In this document: piece by piece, positions 38,253 to 50,600 of the stretch
Layout: every line of letters begins with the position of its first letter
Numbering within the stretch: position 1 is the first letter of the stretch
Assembly (NCBI RefSeq): GCF_004010195.1
Contig: NC_057719.1
Coordinates: 42,931,925 to 42,995,924, forward strand
Reading direction: 5' to 3'
Source of the DNA: Chiloscyllium plagiosum
Taxonomy: Eukaryota
DNA: 64,000 bases
Notes under the pieces: model-generated
Databases searched by the model: none
Told to the model about the DNA's origin: nothing
What the model saw: the letters and a program-made list of their open reading frames with translations, nothing else
Position numbers and translations under genes: made by a program

Positions 38253-41200
38253 CTACTCAGGAGAAGGTGCAAGTTCAATGTCAAGTTCTTCTGTATAGCC
38301 ACATCTAGACTTTAACTTTGGTAAGAAGCCTTCAGGTGATGTTCTCTTCTCACAAAATGTGGCAAAGATTATTTTGTTAAATCTGGAAATAGAATAAATT
38401 TGTATAGTCACTATTATTTTGCATTTATTTTACAAATTTATGAGAAAATTGAACTATTTCAATTTATGGATTTTCAAAGCTAAAAAAAAGTATTTATTTA
38501 CCTGTCCATCTGGATATCAATATTTGATTAAACAGTCTATTTCTTAACTTCGTTGTCTGTAGTGTCAATTCCCTTCTCTGCCAGTTCCTCATTTTCATTT
38601 TATTTTCAGACTGTTAATTTGTTGGCTTGAAAACCGTCAAGCAGCAATTGCACTGGAATTTTTCATCACACGTTGTTCCTTCCTTTTTCTTCTCAATCTA
38701 CTTATTCTCATTCACTTGAAACGACAATTGTGCTTTTAAATATTACATGTTTCGTAAGTATCTATGCAATTCAATTCAGTCTTCGAGGCAAAACAAATTT
38801 CAAAGATCAGCAGTTGCTTTGCTTGTTTAATTCAACCATCTACAGCCACTCATTATCTTAATTAGCCCTTCCAGAGGATTATTTACTGCTACATTAAACA
38901 TATATTTAAAAATGCAGCTGGTACGTAAAACTATAGATTAAGAACCAGACAAGGAGCTGCCAAAACACAGCTGAAGGAAAATTTAATAATTTTCTATTTG
39001 ATGTTAGAAAAGCTTGGGAACAAGTAGAGAATAGACTCAAATTTCATATCTCCATGGTAAGTTGGCTTCAGGCTATATTGCGACTCTAGAATGAAACTAT
39101 CCCAAATTCAAGCATTCATGCAGGTTGATGTATTCTATTTGACCTTTCAGATCTCAGATGTCTTTTCACATTGATCTTAAGTAAGAACTTCAGCAACTTT
39201 TGTCTTATGCTGTGTCCTCCATTCCATTGTCCTTGAATGCTTTGATTATGTGGTTTGGTCAACGTCCTTTCTTTCCTTCTCTAAAATAAAATTCTGTGTC
39301 TAAATCAAACTTATGATGTCCATATGTTGTTTTCATTTCATTTTGGGTACTTAACAGCTAGTAAAACCTAAGCTAAATTCATTAGCAACTGTTACTGCTG
39401 GTGGAAAATCACACAGCAAAGTGTGAATAATATCATGCTTAAAGATCAGCAATAAATGTGCACTCCTCACATATAGTGTTTTATTGCCTCAGGGGTGTGC
39501 AACTTGCAAAAATACATTAAATTGCAAAAAACGTACTTCTTTATCTACAAGAACATTTCCGATTCTAATTATTTTTCCCCTAAGTCATTCTATAAACCAT
39601 TAGCTTGGCCTTCCAGCCTGTAGTACTTCGACATTTATTGTGTGAGAAGTTAAGGAGCTAAAAAAATAAAATTACATTAAGTAGAACACACTGAAAATCA
39701 TGTCATTTGAATTAATTCATATCCCATCCCAAATCCACACCTTGTCTGTTTACCCATTTTCTACACTATTTCCTAGCCAAACAAGTAATCAGACAACATG
39801 CCTTCTGGCCTCCACTAGACCACTGGAATTGGACATTTAAGAATAATCTGAGGAAATAAGTCTCAATTTTACCTCAATGAAGTGCAGAGTCTCATAATAT
39901 TAATTACCTGCAATAACATTTAGAACCTGTCATCCCACAATCCTTGAGATTCATCATTTGTTAGGTCTCCCTCCCTTTCAGCAACACTATGAACATTAAA
40001 TATGCATCTCACAAATGATCAGAGACTCGACCAGGAAAATCACAAGAATAAACTTGTTGTAGTTTGACTGACAGAGGAGCAATGGCTTTTCCACCTTAAC
40101 ATTCACGAGAATCTGAAATATATTCAAAATTGACGGAAACTCTGGTATGTCAATCTTGTCTTGAAATAACATTATTAAAACAGTACCTTAAAATCTGTTA
40201 TTTTCTGAGATACCCTAATAACTAAATCTGGTACTCTTTTAAAATGTTTTGTTTACCAGAGAATCACAATGCCACCAAACTTCTTCAAACATCTTCATCG
40301 TTATAATTACATGATTGAGGACAATGTTATAAATAATTGTAATTCTATGAAGTTGCTCATTGCTACTGAAATGCATGCATTTCCTATTGGATTTATTTCC
40401 TTTATTTCTTTTTATTAGGGGTAACTTTTTTTAAAAAATGAATAATGACAATGTCAGACTAATGGGAGAGTTTTCCGCCTTTAGCACAGTGTGCCACTAA
40501 ATCAGTCAGTCATGGGTTATGTTAAACTACAAGGTCTAGCACTAGCAGCTCAAATTAAATTTTATTGAATAAATGTGCTTTCAAGTTATAACAGCTGCAA
40601 ATTCTGGCTACTGTAGGGAGAAACTTGCAAACTGTATCATGGGAATGCTGCAATACACATTTGATATCACTCAATGAGTTAGCAATTATGCCAAGCAATA
40701 CTGACATATGAACACCACACATCTGCATGAAATTCCTCTATACACTATTTTAGCAGAAATTTTAACACTAAAAATGAATCTGTAAATGATACTAGTGAAA
40801 TAATAGGGGAATTTCAAGTGGACAAGTACTTATGGGGTAAATCCCAGTTCCTTTAAACATGCAAAGATAAATATATAGTTTGCTGAGGCCAGCATTCTGC
40901 TCCATTGATTCTACAAACTGTGGTCCTTGGTTTAGCCATGCTATTTATTTCTTCTTATGAAGCAATCATCCAAAGTGAAGATGAGTGAAGTCACCTCCGT
41001 ATACTGACGGTTTTTCAACCGCTGTCATAATGGAGTGATGCTTTCTGAACACTACCGATTCGAGCTGACTTGGGCGTGTCTCAATGCAGGCAATCTAAGA
41101 GAGTCAAACAACTGTAGGCAAGAATTTTCATGCTAAATTTAAAATCCAACTGAACAAATCCATATGAACTCTGAACAAAGACTGGAGTGTAAAAGATGTT

Positions 41201-42634
41201 CCACATAAATCATAGCATTATTCGTACAGCTGACATTTTATTTCCTTGCACTAAACTGTCTTTATAATTCTCGAGGTTGCCGTGTCAGTGCCAGGGTGGT
41301 CATTAATGCTCAACTGTGGGTACTTTTGCATTGTTCTTGTATGTCTACTAGGATTTTCACAAACCCGGGACACTTTTCACATTGGACCAGTAAAATCAGC
41401 TGAGAGCCGACACTTTCATAAGCCACCAGCCAAAAGCTGGTAGTACCCTACTCAAATTTGAATTGATTTCACAAAAAAAAGGCTAGCATTAAAGATGTGC
41501 ATGTTTTCGCGCGGCGATTAGTGGCTAATCGCTGCACCAGACAGTTTCACAGTGAAAGACTGTGGCGGAGCGGACCATGGGCAGAAAGGGGAGTGGGTGC
41601 AACATTAGAGTGAGAGCATGCTTTGGGATGAGCGTTAAGTCAGTTCGGTTCCATTGATTTTCCAGCCTGAGATAACTCCAACAGCCAGCTCACTTACTTT
41701 CAGCATATTGCTACAGTTTTTTTTTCAATGAACCCTCGCCAATGTGTCATTTCAGTCTCTCTGAGTGTACGATCCAGTTCAAACCACACGTTTAAAGAGC
41801 GCTCGGTGAGTGCCGCCGGCCATTCCAGTTAAAGGCTGTGCAACCTGCACCAAATCCGCCTCAACTGGTTTGAGACTGCATAGAAAGTACATTCTCCTCA
41901 GGGCTTGGCCCGGGGTTATTTGAAATATGTTACAGTCTCTATTGTACACCTAACTCCAGCGCCTGCTGAGCAAAAAAAAACTTGGGCTGTGTGTTAAAGA
42001 GATGCTCACGCCCAAACAAGTCACTAGAACAGTATTTTCGATACTAACAGATTACATGTGAACATAAGCAAGCATGCAGATATCAAACATATTATTCGGT
42101 TATTGTAAAACACCTGCATAACACTGATATTTATACAAAATAATTCTGCAATGCATCAGCCATAACACAAGCAGCGAATAGGGGTAGATTGCAATGTTTA
42201 TTTCCATTTGATCCTTTTGCTGCACGGTCTGGCTCATGCACACATTGACCGCGCCCTAAAGCTGCAGGGAACAGGGGGCAGCGTATCCAGAGCACAGCAA
42301 AAGCAAATCAAAGCATCAGCACCAGGCTACAAAGTGTAAATAAGAAGCCCACCACTGGCTGGATCCCCTCGCCAGTTTGGGAAGGGTAGATGAAAACAGT
42401 CGCACATCTTGGAGGTCTTCGAGTAGCCCCGAACAAATGGTCCTCAGTCCGGCAAACGAGCCTGGAGCTAGGCAAACAATCTTCCCCGGCGAGAGGTTAG
42501 CTGGTCGCGTCGAAGCGCAGCATCTCACTGCCAGTCACAACTGAAGATGCTGACACAAGGTCCAGGATGCCTGCATCACTGAATACGGGTACCTAGACAG
42601 TAGGCAAATCATCCAGGTCAGCTCAGGAATCCAT
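38253..42634 (-). pseudogene. Putative 7-exon unprocessed pseudogene (or derived spliced lncRNA); product unidentified, possibly related to the SHCBP1/Nessun dorma N-terminal region
   Basis: Exons: 42634-42353, 41875-41698, 41094-40995, 40112-39908, 39657-39537, 39280-39144, 38382-38253. All six introns are GT-AG with pyrimidine-rich acceptors (donors gtgggc, gtaagt, gtgact, gtaatt, gtacgt, gtcaaa), and the ATG is in a strong Kozak context (atcATGg). Exons 3, 6 and 7 are open; exons 1, 2, 4 and 5 need stops or frameshifts to be bridged. Confidence 0.55.
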
Positions 42635-42760
42635 GATGCCCAATTTGATCAAAACTGCGGATTAGGGCGGCCAAGTCATTGCAGAGATCAGTCAAACTAC
42701 CTATCAAATAGTGTAGTGCACTAAAGCTGCTCATCATGCACTGATTGATAAGTAAAGGAA
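42635..42760 (-). promoter_or_regulatory. Candidate proximal promoter of the gene relic
   Basis: GC box GGGCGG at 42665-42670 and TAATCC (plus-strand ggatta, 42659-42664) just upstream of the proposed ATG, within a CpG-retaining region. The motifs are short, so support is weak. Confidence 0.3.
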
Positions 42761-45257
42761 ATAATTTACACTCAGGATTTGTATTGATTAGGATAGTTTA
42801 TTGTCTTCAGTGCAAACCGTTTTGTATTTGAACTCTCCTTGATGATTAAGGTTTAGCACAATGCATTGCTTTTGAAAGTGGCATTTCCAGTCTATTCTGA
42901 TCAGGAGTTGCGAGTTTACCCCAACATATATAATGGGTCTCTTTTTACATTCTAATGTTGATCGCAGTATAACTTTAAAATTCTGGAAGTTTTCAAAAGA
43001 ATACATCACCTATGACATGTCTAACTTAACGTGACACTTGATAGACGTCTCGTTTAACCTCGCCGCGATCCGATAACTAAATGTATCTGACAAATATGTA
43101 TCATACATTTGTCTGTGAGAATAAGTGAGTGCAGCTTAGCCTAATGCAGCCTGGTGCATTAATATGTGATGGGGCAGCATGATAATATTTGTTTTAAACC
43201 AAAAGCATCATGGAAGCGTTATTGTGCACCGATTATTTCTCGTTTAAAATAACAGGTATGACGAGGGAGTTGTGTTAATTTGTAGAGAAGGTAAATCACC
43301 TCCAAACATTATAGACCACAAAAACACAAATTAGAATTTGAATATTTCGCAAACCAGGAGGGAATAGATTGATGAGTAGGAAATTCAATTTTTGTGGTCG
43401 AGTGAAGGAAACCAAATAGCTGTTCATGTAGGAAAATAAAAGGAAGGACTGTTGAATGGAACTTTCAATCAGATACAAGACTGTAGGCTTATAAATGAAC
43501 GAAATGAAACTGTGTGGAAATTTCAGCCGGGAGTGAACTGCAGCACGATGAAGTCAGTGTAGGGTGAGCAGAAATCGAATCTGTTCAAGGGCAATTGTTC
43601 CGATTAGTGGCATTGTCCGTTAAGTGAAAATGTTTTGCAGAACTCGGAGATTTGCTGATAGCCAAATTTCAGCTTTAAAATACCTTTTCGAAAGAAGCTG
43701 TGACTTTGCGAAACCTGTCTGCCTGGTTGGACCCTCCTAATTGAAGGACATGAAATGGTGCAGTGTTCCTTGCATGACGGTTATACATCAATAACTCCCC
43801 CCAGTTGCAGCACGAGTTTTGAAGCTGTTCTGGCTAAAAATTATGAAGTGAAATAGACAAGCGGTAACAGGAAAGTAAACTTATTAAGTTTTAAATGATT
43901 TTAATTAATGACTAAAATATTTGTTTTGGCTATTAGGCTTTCCAATTTCCTTGACCATGAGCAATTAACATTAAACTGGGCATTTTTAGTAATTGTCGTT
44001 GTCAAAAGCTTCATAAACTTTGTTTGTACCATAATAAGTGTCATAACTCAAATGTGCAATGGGAATGCAATAATTTCCGTTCGTTTGAACGTATTTGTGA
44101 GATTATTAACGCTTAATTGTAAATTCAGACAGTTCTATTCTACTCTGATTATAGCTGTAGAATGTCAGGTCTCAGATCTATGAGTCGAAATGTACACACA
44201 GATGTATTGACATAACCGAAAGAAGTGTGTGTAGATTTACGCTTTTGAGTTATCTTCGTTAGTGTCTGTAAGCAATATGTATCGCAAAAAAAGTATCGTA
44301 CTATTTAAAACAAAAGACGTGGCCCACAGAAGAACTGATTATGTTATTGTGAAGATATGGATCGGGTTCCTGAATCTTATTACAGGATCCATTAACACTG
44401 GGGAGAAATAGAGAATTTCTTACCTTTTAGAATGTATGTTGTTTTATTTGAAATGTTGTTGATCGATTTAGCATGTTGGGCATTGTGTCAGCTGCTATTG
44501 CCACAGCTGTCAGGCTGTAAGCAGAGTTTTTAGAGCAGGTTGTTGGATTTGAAATGGCCTGAAGCATACACAGTGAAATGAAAGCACATTAAAAAAACAC
44601 TTTTGATCAGCTTTGTGGTTGCATGGATCCCACCAGAGTTTTGCGCTTGCTCGTCATTGAAATGTAGTGAAAGGTTTTATTTTTCTAAGTACAAGCAGTG
44701 TCAAAATGCAAAACATATCCAGTTAAACTAAAAAAATCTGGATAAGGAAGCGCGTTTTCAGTGTATAGTTACAATGGTACTATGGTCAAGCATTAGTCAG
44801 CGGAAAGATGGAATATTTCAGATAATTATATACAACAAAAACACAGTTTAAAAATCCCCCTGTACCCTTTATCAGGGTAGTATTAAGCTGCAGGGCAGTG
44901 GTAACGAATCCATTGACTTCGTAGGGAATTAATGAACTAAAAGTCTGACGAATAGATTATTACTGGATAAAAACATGTTTCACTGAATGTTGTTTAATTC
45001 TAGTGAGCAACATCACGAAGTTGCACAATGCGTCTCTGTTGCAAAGTAACAGCTTTGTTAGTTTCAAATAATACGGGTTTGTTTCTGACTACCACAACAT
45101 AATGAACTGTAACAATGGTCATAATTTAGACTTTGAGATTTTGAAATAGATTGGAAGAAACGTGAACGAAAATTTAGATTTAATATGAACAAAACAAAAA
45201 AAGGGAGTCACATGTAATTATATAGCAATATAATAATGAATATACACGCTCCAAATA

Positions 45258-45340
45258 AGGGCTACTGTAATGCAGTGGTAGCGTCCCTGCCCCGGATCCA
45301 GGAGGCCTGAGTTCAAGTCCGACCTGGTCCAGAGGTGAGT
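45258..45340 (+). mobile_element. tRNA-derived SINE head
   Basis: A-box-like tgcagtggtag and B-box-like gagttcaagtcc without a complete cloverleaf; similar sequence at ~51065-51130. Confidence 0.5.
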
Positions 45341-45714
45341 CTTGATCCCTGAATAGATTAATTACAACTATCTACAACTTGCAGAGCCTTCAGGGAGACT
45401 AAATCCAATCATCGAAAACTTAAAATCAGAAGAAAATGCCGTTAAATCATTTCATTGAACGGGATCGATTTTTTTTTGGGGGGGGCGCAAGTGTGTCTGA
45501 GAAGATATATTAAACTTTAATTAGATTTCCAACATAATTAACTGTACCGCAGTTAAATATCTAACTTCATTGAAGGCAGCGGGACGTATGTTTTCTGAAA
45601 GGATCCTGGACAGGTTTTGGTAAATTAAAGACAGAACATGTCCAAACATTGCAGAGCAGACATCAGCAATAATGTAACAAGCCGAGGGAGGTGTGTTCAA
45701 GCTATATCGCGCTC

Positions 45715-45865
45715 TGAGTTCAGAGTGTGGTACTGGAAAAGCACGGCAGGTCAGGAGCATCCGAGCAGCAGGAGAATCAACGGTTCGGGCATAAGCCCTT
45801 CATCCGGAATGTGACTTGTGGGCCGGGGGGACTGAGATAAATTGGAGGGGGCTGGGGCTGGGGTG
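45715..45865 (-). mobile_element. PLE family B terminal-repeat fragment
   Basis: Matches 7210-7370; hammerhead core mutated. Confidence 0.75.
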
Positions 45866-46278
45866 TGCTTTGGTCAGACTGCAGCAGAGAACCTCACCCG
45901 GGGCTGGAGATGAACAGGTTTGATCACTTGGAAACCTCAGATCTGGGCACAGAATGAAAACAAAGAAACTAATGTTTTCAGACTGTAATCGAGAGGCTGA
46001 GACCTAAGATTATTAGAAAAACTAGGAACATTACGTTAAACTGAGAGACATTCCAGTCCCCATCTAGTCCAGGTTACATTTAGAATGAAAATTTGGAAAA
46101 TCCCTTACATAATTTCTGATCCTGTGGAAGAAATTTCGCGAAAAATGGGAGGCTGGATCATCCAAAAAATGTTTTATTTGAAAACAGAATCTCTGCACAT
46201 GCTGTCGAAAACCAGCATTTTTAAATGGCAACTATTTAGATCATGGCTACTTTGTTAGAGAACTCATAGAGATTTGGA

Positions 46279-47270
46279 GAATGAATTGTTTCACAGCGTT
46301 AAAAATCACACAACACCAGGTTATAGTCCAACAGGTTTAATTAGAAGCACTAGCTTTCTTCATGAGGTGGTAGTGGAGTGCACAATTGTAAAGCACAGAA
46401 TTTATAGCAAAAGTTTACCGTGTTATGTAACTGAAATTATACATTGAAAAATACCTCGATTGTTAAGTCTCTCATCTGTTCGAATGACCATGTTAGTTTC
46501 ATTTCTTTCATATGTAAATCACAAAGCTTCTTTTAAAAGTTACATTCTCAGGTTAACTTTAACAATTGCTGTCAGCCCAGATAATGTGTTGAAGGTGTTA
46601 GTCCCCCTTGTCTGTGCCATCATATTTAGACTGATTTTAATCTAAAAAAAAGAGTTAACAGAGTCTTACATGGGTTCGTGCAGTTTTTGAACAAAGTGCA
46701 AAGTAACTCTGCAAGTACAAATTCACCCCACAAATGTACATGTGTATGTGTGCGTGTCCGCTTGTGTTTGTGAGTGAGAGTGTACATGTGGTTATGAGTG
46801 TAAAGGGGTCGAAGTCTATGAAAGGGTGCATGTGTGAGTATATGTGTGTCTGGGATGGGAGGGTTGTGAGTGTCTGTGAGAGAGAGTGTATATGTGTGTG
46901 TGAGAGTGTAAAGGGGTCTAAGTCTGTGAGAGGGTGCATGTGAGAGTGTGGGAGTGTGTCTGTAGGAGTGAGTGAGTGTCTGTGTGTGCGCGTATAGGAG
47001 GGTCTCTGTATGTGTGTGTGTGTGTGTTTAGGAGTATCTGTGTGTGTGTAGTGCAATGGTGGTCACCTGTAACGTGACATGAACCCAAGGTCCCAGTTGA
47101 GGCCCTCCCTATGGGTAATGAATTTAGCTATCAGCCTCTGCTCAGCCACTTCTTGCTGCTGCCTGTCCCGAAGTCCGCCTTAGAGGATGGTTACCTGAAG
47201 GTCCGAGGTCGAATGCCCCGGACCACTGAAGTGTTCTCCAACTGGGAGGGAACATCCTGTTTCACAGGGT
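46279..47270 (-). mobile_element. Neptune-type PLE 3' end (GIY-YIG C-terminus, TG-rich tract, pseudo-LTR)
   Basis: Minus strand SLPVGEHFSGPGHSTSDLQVTIL...AEQRLIAKF...GLNWDLGFMSRYR*; homologous to 445-1252. Confidence 0.85.
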
Positions 47271-47587
47271 GTGCGCTTGGAGGTCAGAGGTCATATATCC
47301 AAACCTTTGGGATTGTGCCCAGAATTGGCAATCTTAAAATGGAAACGAAACAAAAACCTGGGCTCCTGGAAGAGAGTTGGCTGCTGCTTTGAGGGGAAAT
47401 GAGGCCTGGGCGAGTAAAACAGAGCAGGGCCGATTAGCCGTCATTACTGTGTGTTCCGCTCATGGGTTTAAGGAATAAAATGCCTCACTTGACCTGGCCT
47501 TGTGAGGTACAGGAGGCTTGGCTGGAGGAAAGCAGGGCACTGGGTTTACATTTCATGAGGCTGGGAAAGTGATCCCATATTGCATGG

Positions 47588-47670
47588 TTAAAAATCACAC
47601 AACACCAAGTTATAGTCCAACAGGTTTCCTTGGAAGCACTAGCTTTCGGAGTGCTGCTCCTTCATCAGGT
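47588..47670 (-). mobile_element. Solo PLE family A terminus with hammerhead motif
   Basis: Minus strand ac-CTGATGA-a-GGAG-cagca-CTCC-GAA-AGCT-A-gtg followed by the family A terminal sequence. Confidence 0.75.
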
Positions 47671-50600
47671 AGTGTACCCCACAACCACCGAAACGGTGCA
47701 TGAGTGGCAGCAGCAGGCACTGCCAATGTAGGCACCCAAACAAGTTAAAGTCTTCTGGGCAGCTAGGACACAGCACCAATGCCTGTAGCCAATGGGACAT
47801 TCAAAGCAGCTGACGTAAACCTCCAAGAATAGATGATAATGTCAGTAATTTTGCTTAACAAACTCGCTGCTACACGATCGAATGTATTTTAGACTTAGTC
47901 ATGGGAGTTAAGTCAATAAGATTTACATTGGCCATGTGCTAGTTTGCCATTTATTCCGGAAATTGTTGAGTAAATTGTGAGCATATGTTTATTTTCTGGT
48001 TTGAAAGTCCTTTGCAGGGTTCATTAGAGGTGCATTCAATTACTGAATGAATGGCATTAAACAACACCAAGTGAGAGAGCAGAAAGAGCAGCCTGTTGTA
48101 TGTCAGTGTTAATGGTTACTAAATTATAAAAGCAAGCCACTAACAAAATTGGAATGTTATTTGACTTGAGAAGCTAGCTTTCTTTGTAGCAACTGGCTCT
48201 GAGCACTTTCACTTCCATTTCTGAAGATGAAAATAATGCTCATTAATATATTGTCACCACTGACTTGGGACAATCTGCTGATATCAAGCCCCATTATTCC
48301 GAGAGTTACCACACATGTAAAAAAATTAAATTACCAAAATGCCTAATTTACATGACTGTCAGATTCAGGTTAAAAGAAATACACATCAGCTTTGTGTCAT
48401 TAAAAAGTAATGAAATTTATTATAACCAAATTGATCTTCTTAACCAATGATAAGGATAAAGGGAAAATGAATGACTAATTTATGCCCATACAGCTTAACG
48501 TTTCACCTTTTAAAATTCCTTACAAAGAGAAACAGACAACGCACAAATATTGTGAATAGAGATAAAAAGGGAAACAGTTTTGTCTGGCAAATCCAAATCA
48601 CCAAAAACTGGATGGGTTGGTTTCAGTTATTTGATAATGTCAGTTTTTTTTATCTGCACATTAATGATCAGTCTTCAGTTCACTAGTTAACTGATTGGAC
48701 CCAGAATATTTTTTCCTTTGCATTTTAGAATTTTTTCTTTCTGTGTCTCTGAATGTAGTTTGCCACCTTTACTGACAGAGAATTGAAGACAGCAGCTTGG
48801 CAGCAAGACATATCAATGCAGCCAATGTCCTTTGCTTCTCAGTTTACAATTACCTCAGAGTTTGTGTTAAGTTGCAGCTGATCAATCAAAATGGTTATTA
48901 CTATGCTGAGCCCTCCTCACCCCAATAGTACAGTTCATTCATACTCAGTGTCCCCCAGAAAGTAATGTTTCCTCACAAATAGCAATTGACTTCACTTGTT
49001 TTTTACCCTTGAAATTTCCAATAACTCTTTGTACACTATCCCCTTTTAAAAGCAATGTCCAATTTTTTTACTTTTAGTCTGCAGTCCAAAAATAAAAAGG
49101 TGAGGCCTCTTATGAAATAATTTGTATTTCTGCACAGAAAGAGCAATTAATGCGTTCAGTGTTAAAAGAGACAGAACACACGAAGTTAAAAAAAAGTAGG
49201 TGAGGACAGAGAAGCAAAGAAACAGCTAAGTCAATCCTGAAAAAGATCCATTAGACTTGAAACGTTTACTCTGTTTCTCTCTCTCCACAGATGCTGCTCG
49301 ACCTACTGAGTTTTGTCAGCACCTTTTTTTTCCCCTAGACAGCTGAGGAATTGAGCATCTAAGTACACAGCAAATGGATGATGCTGAAGTTTTCAGAACC
49401 AAAGGAGCAATTCCTTGCATATTGCTGTCAACAGCACAAGAGAAAAATGAGAAAGTGTGACTCTCATTTTCTTTACACATTGCTAGTCATAAAAGATGGC
49501 AAAAACATTGTATTACTCAGCATCAATGATCATCTAATGGATAGTGAAGAGACTAATAGCTTTTCATTGATATAGGATGGCAGTGGACCATGAGAATGTT
49601 TGCCAGGTAACCAATAGTGTTAGGGTGATAGGCAGCAGAAGGTCATGTGATGAAACCTCCATGAAGACATCTAACCAGAGTTTACAAACCAAAGGCAGAG
49701 AAGTTGAGAGAAAATTTGAGAGGACAGGAACATGAACAGGTGACCAATGATAAATTAGAATAAGGGACAGCAGCACAAGGATCTAAGGTAGGGAATCATG
49801 AAGGAACAGAGACATGACTATATGAAGATATTTCAAAATATGTCTACTATTATGATAACTATTACATTAGCAAAAACTAGCAAACAGAACTAACTTCAAA
49901 TGATTTAGAATTCACTTTGCATTTAAAGAGCTATGTTTACCTTGTCACCCTGTTTTCCACCAATTCTGTATTCACTCCTATTTTCTCTCAATTTGAATTT
50001 CAACTTTAATTTTGTTTTCTTACCTTTTTACACATTCTGACACTTAAAGAAACTCCTTAAAACATTTCTCAGTTGCTGATAGTGTCCATTTTAGAAACTA
50101 TACAGCATTGTTAAAAAGAGATTACAAAGAATAGGATAGCCTTTAGAATAGCCTTTATTGTCACATGTACTCGAATGAGTGCAGTGAAAGGTTTGTAATG
50201 TCACCACTTTGGCACCATCTTAGGTACAGATACTTTAAGTGCTTGTTACAGAATTGAAAGAGTAAAACAAAAGTCTAGCATAGCAATATAAAGATTGAAA
50301 AAGTACTTGAATTACTCAAAGTCTAGAATAAGAATAGAAAGTATCTTTCAAAAAGTATTCAAATCATAGTTCTTTTCACTGAGTCTATGCCCACTGGGTT
50401 TCAGAACTCAAGGTCTCGCTGCCTCCACACACTGGCCTCTGGCCCAGGACTCGCCTCCAGGTCTCGCTTCCCAGACTGGTGTGGACTCAGACTGCCTCCC
50501 ACAGCAGGCTCCAGCCTGCGTCTCACCTCCTACACAGCATGGTGTCCAACGCATGTCCCACGCCAAGCTGAACTCTGACTTGCCTCCATTCTCCATTCCC

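Noticed and set aside
38606..38669. Possible intronic C/D snoRNA on the minus strand (GTGATGA...CTGA, 64 nt)
   Set aside because: No terminal stem, no rRNA/snRNA guide that I can recognise, and an atypical distance (~220 nt) from the proposed 3' splice site.
38232..39180. Plus-strand splice-like segments (38232-38320, 38610-38753, 39151-39180)
   Set aside because: Stops in the frames I checked and no coherent chain; the minus-strand model explains the region better.
40040..41030. Cytokine-like resemblance of relic peptides (IL-18-like 'Y.DS...G.AI..SVK'; also IL-21/IL-7-like bits in exon 7)
   Set aside because: Only short local similarity; the rest of the peptide and the exon structure do not fit.
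40995..41035. Hairpin with ATGA...AAAAA resembling a SECIS element on the minus strand
   Set aside because: Spacing is wrong, there is no correctly placed GA partner, and it lies within a proposed coding exon.
45258..45340. tRNA gene
   Set aside because: A and B boxes are present but there is no complete cloverleaf; treated as a SINE head.
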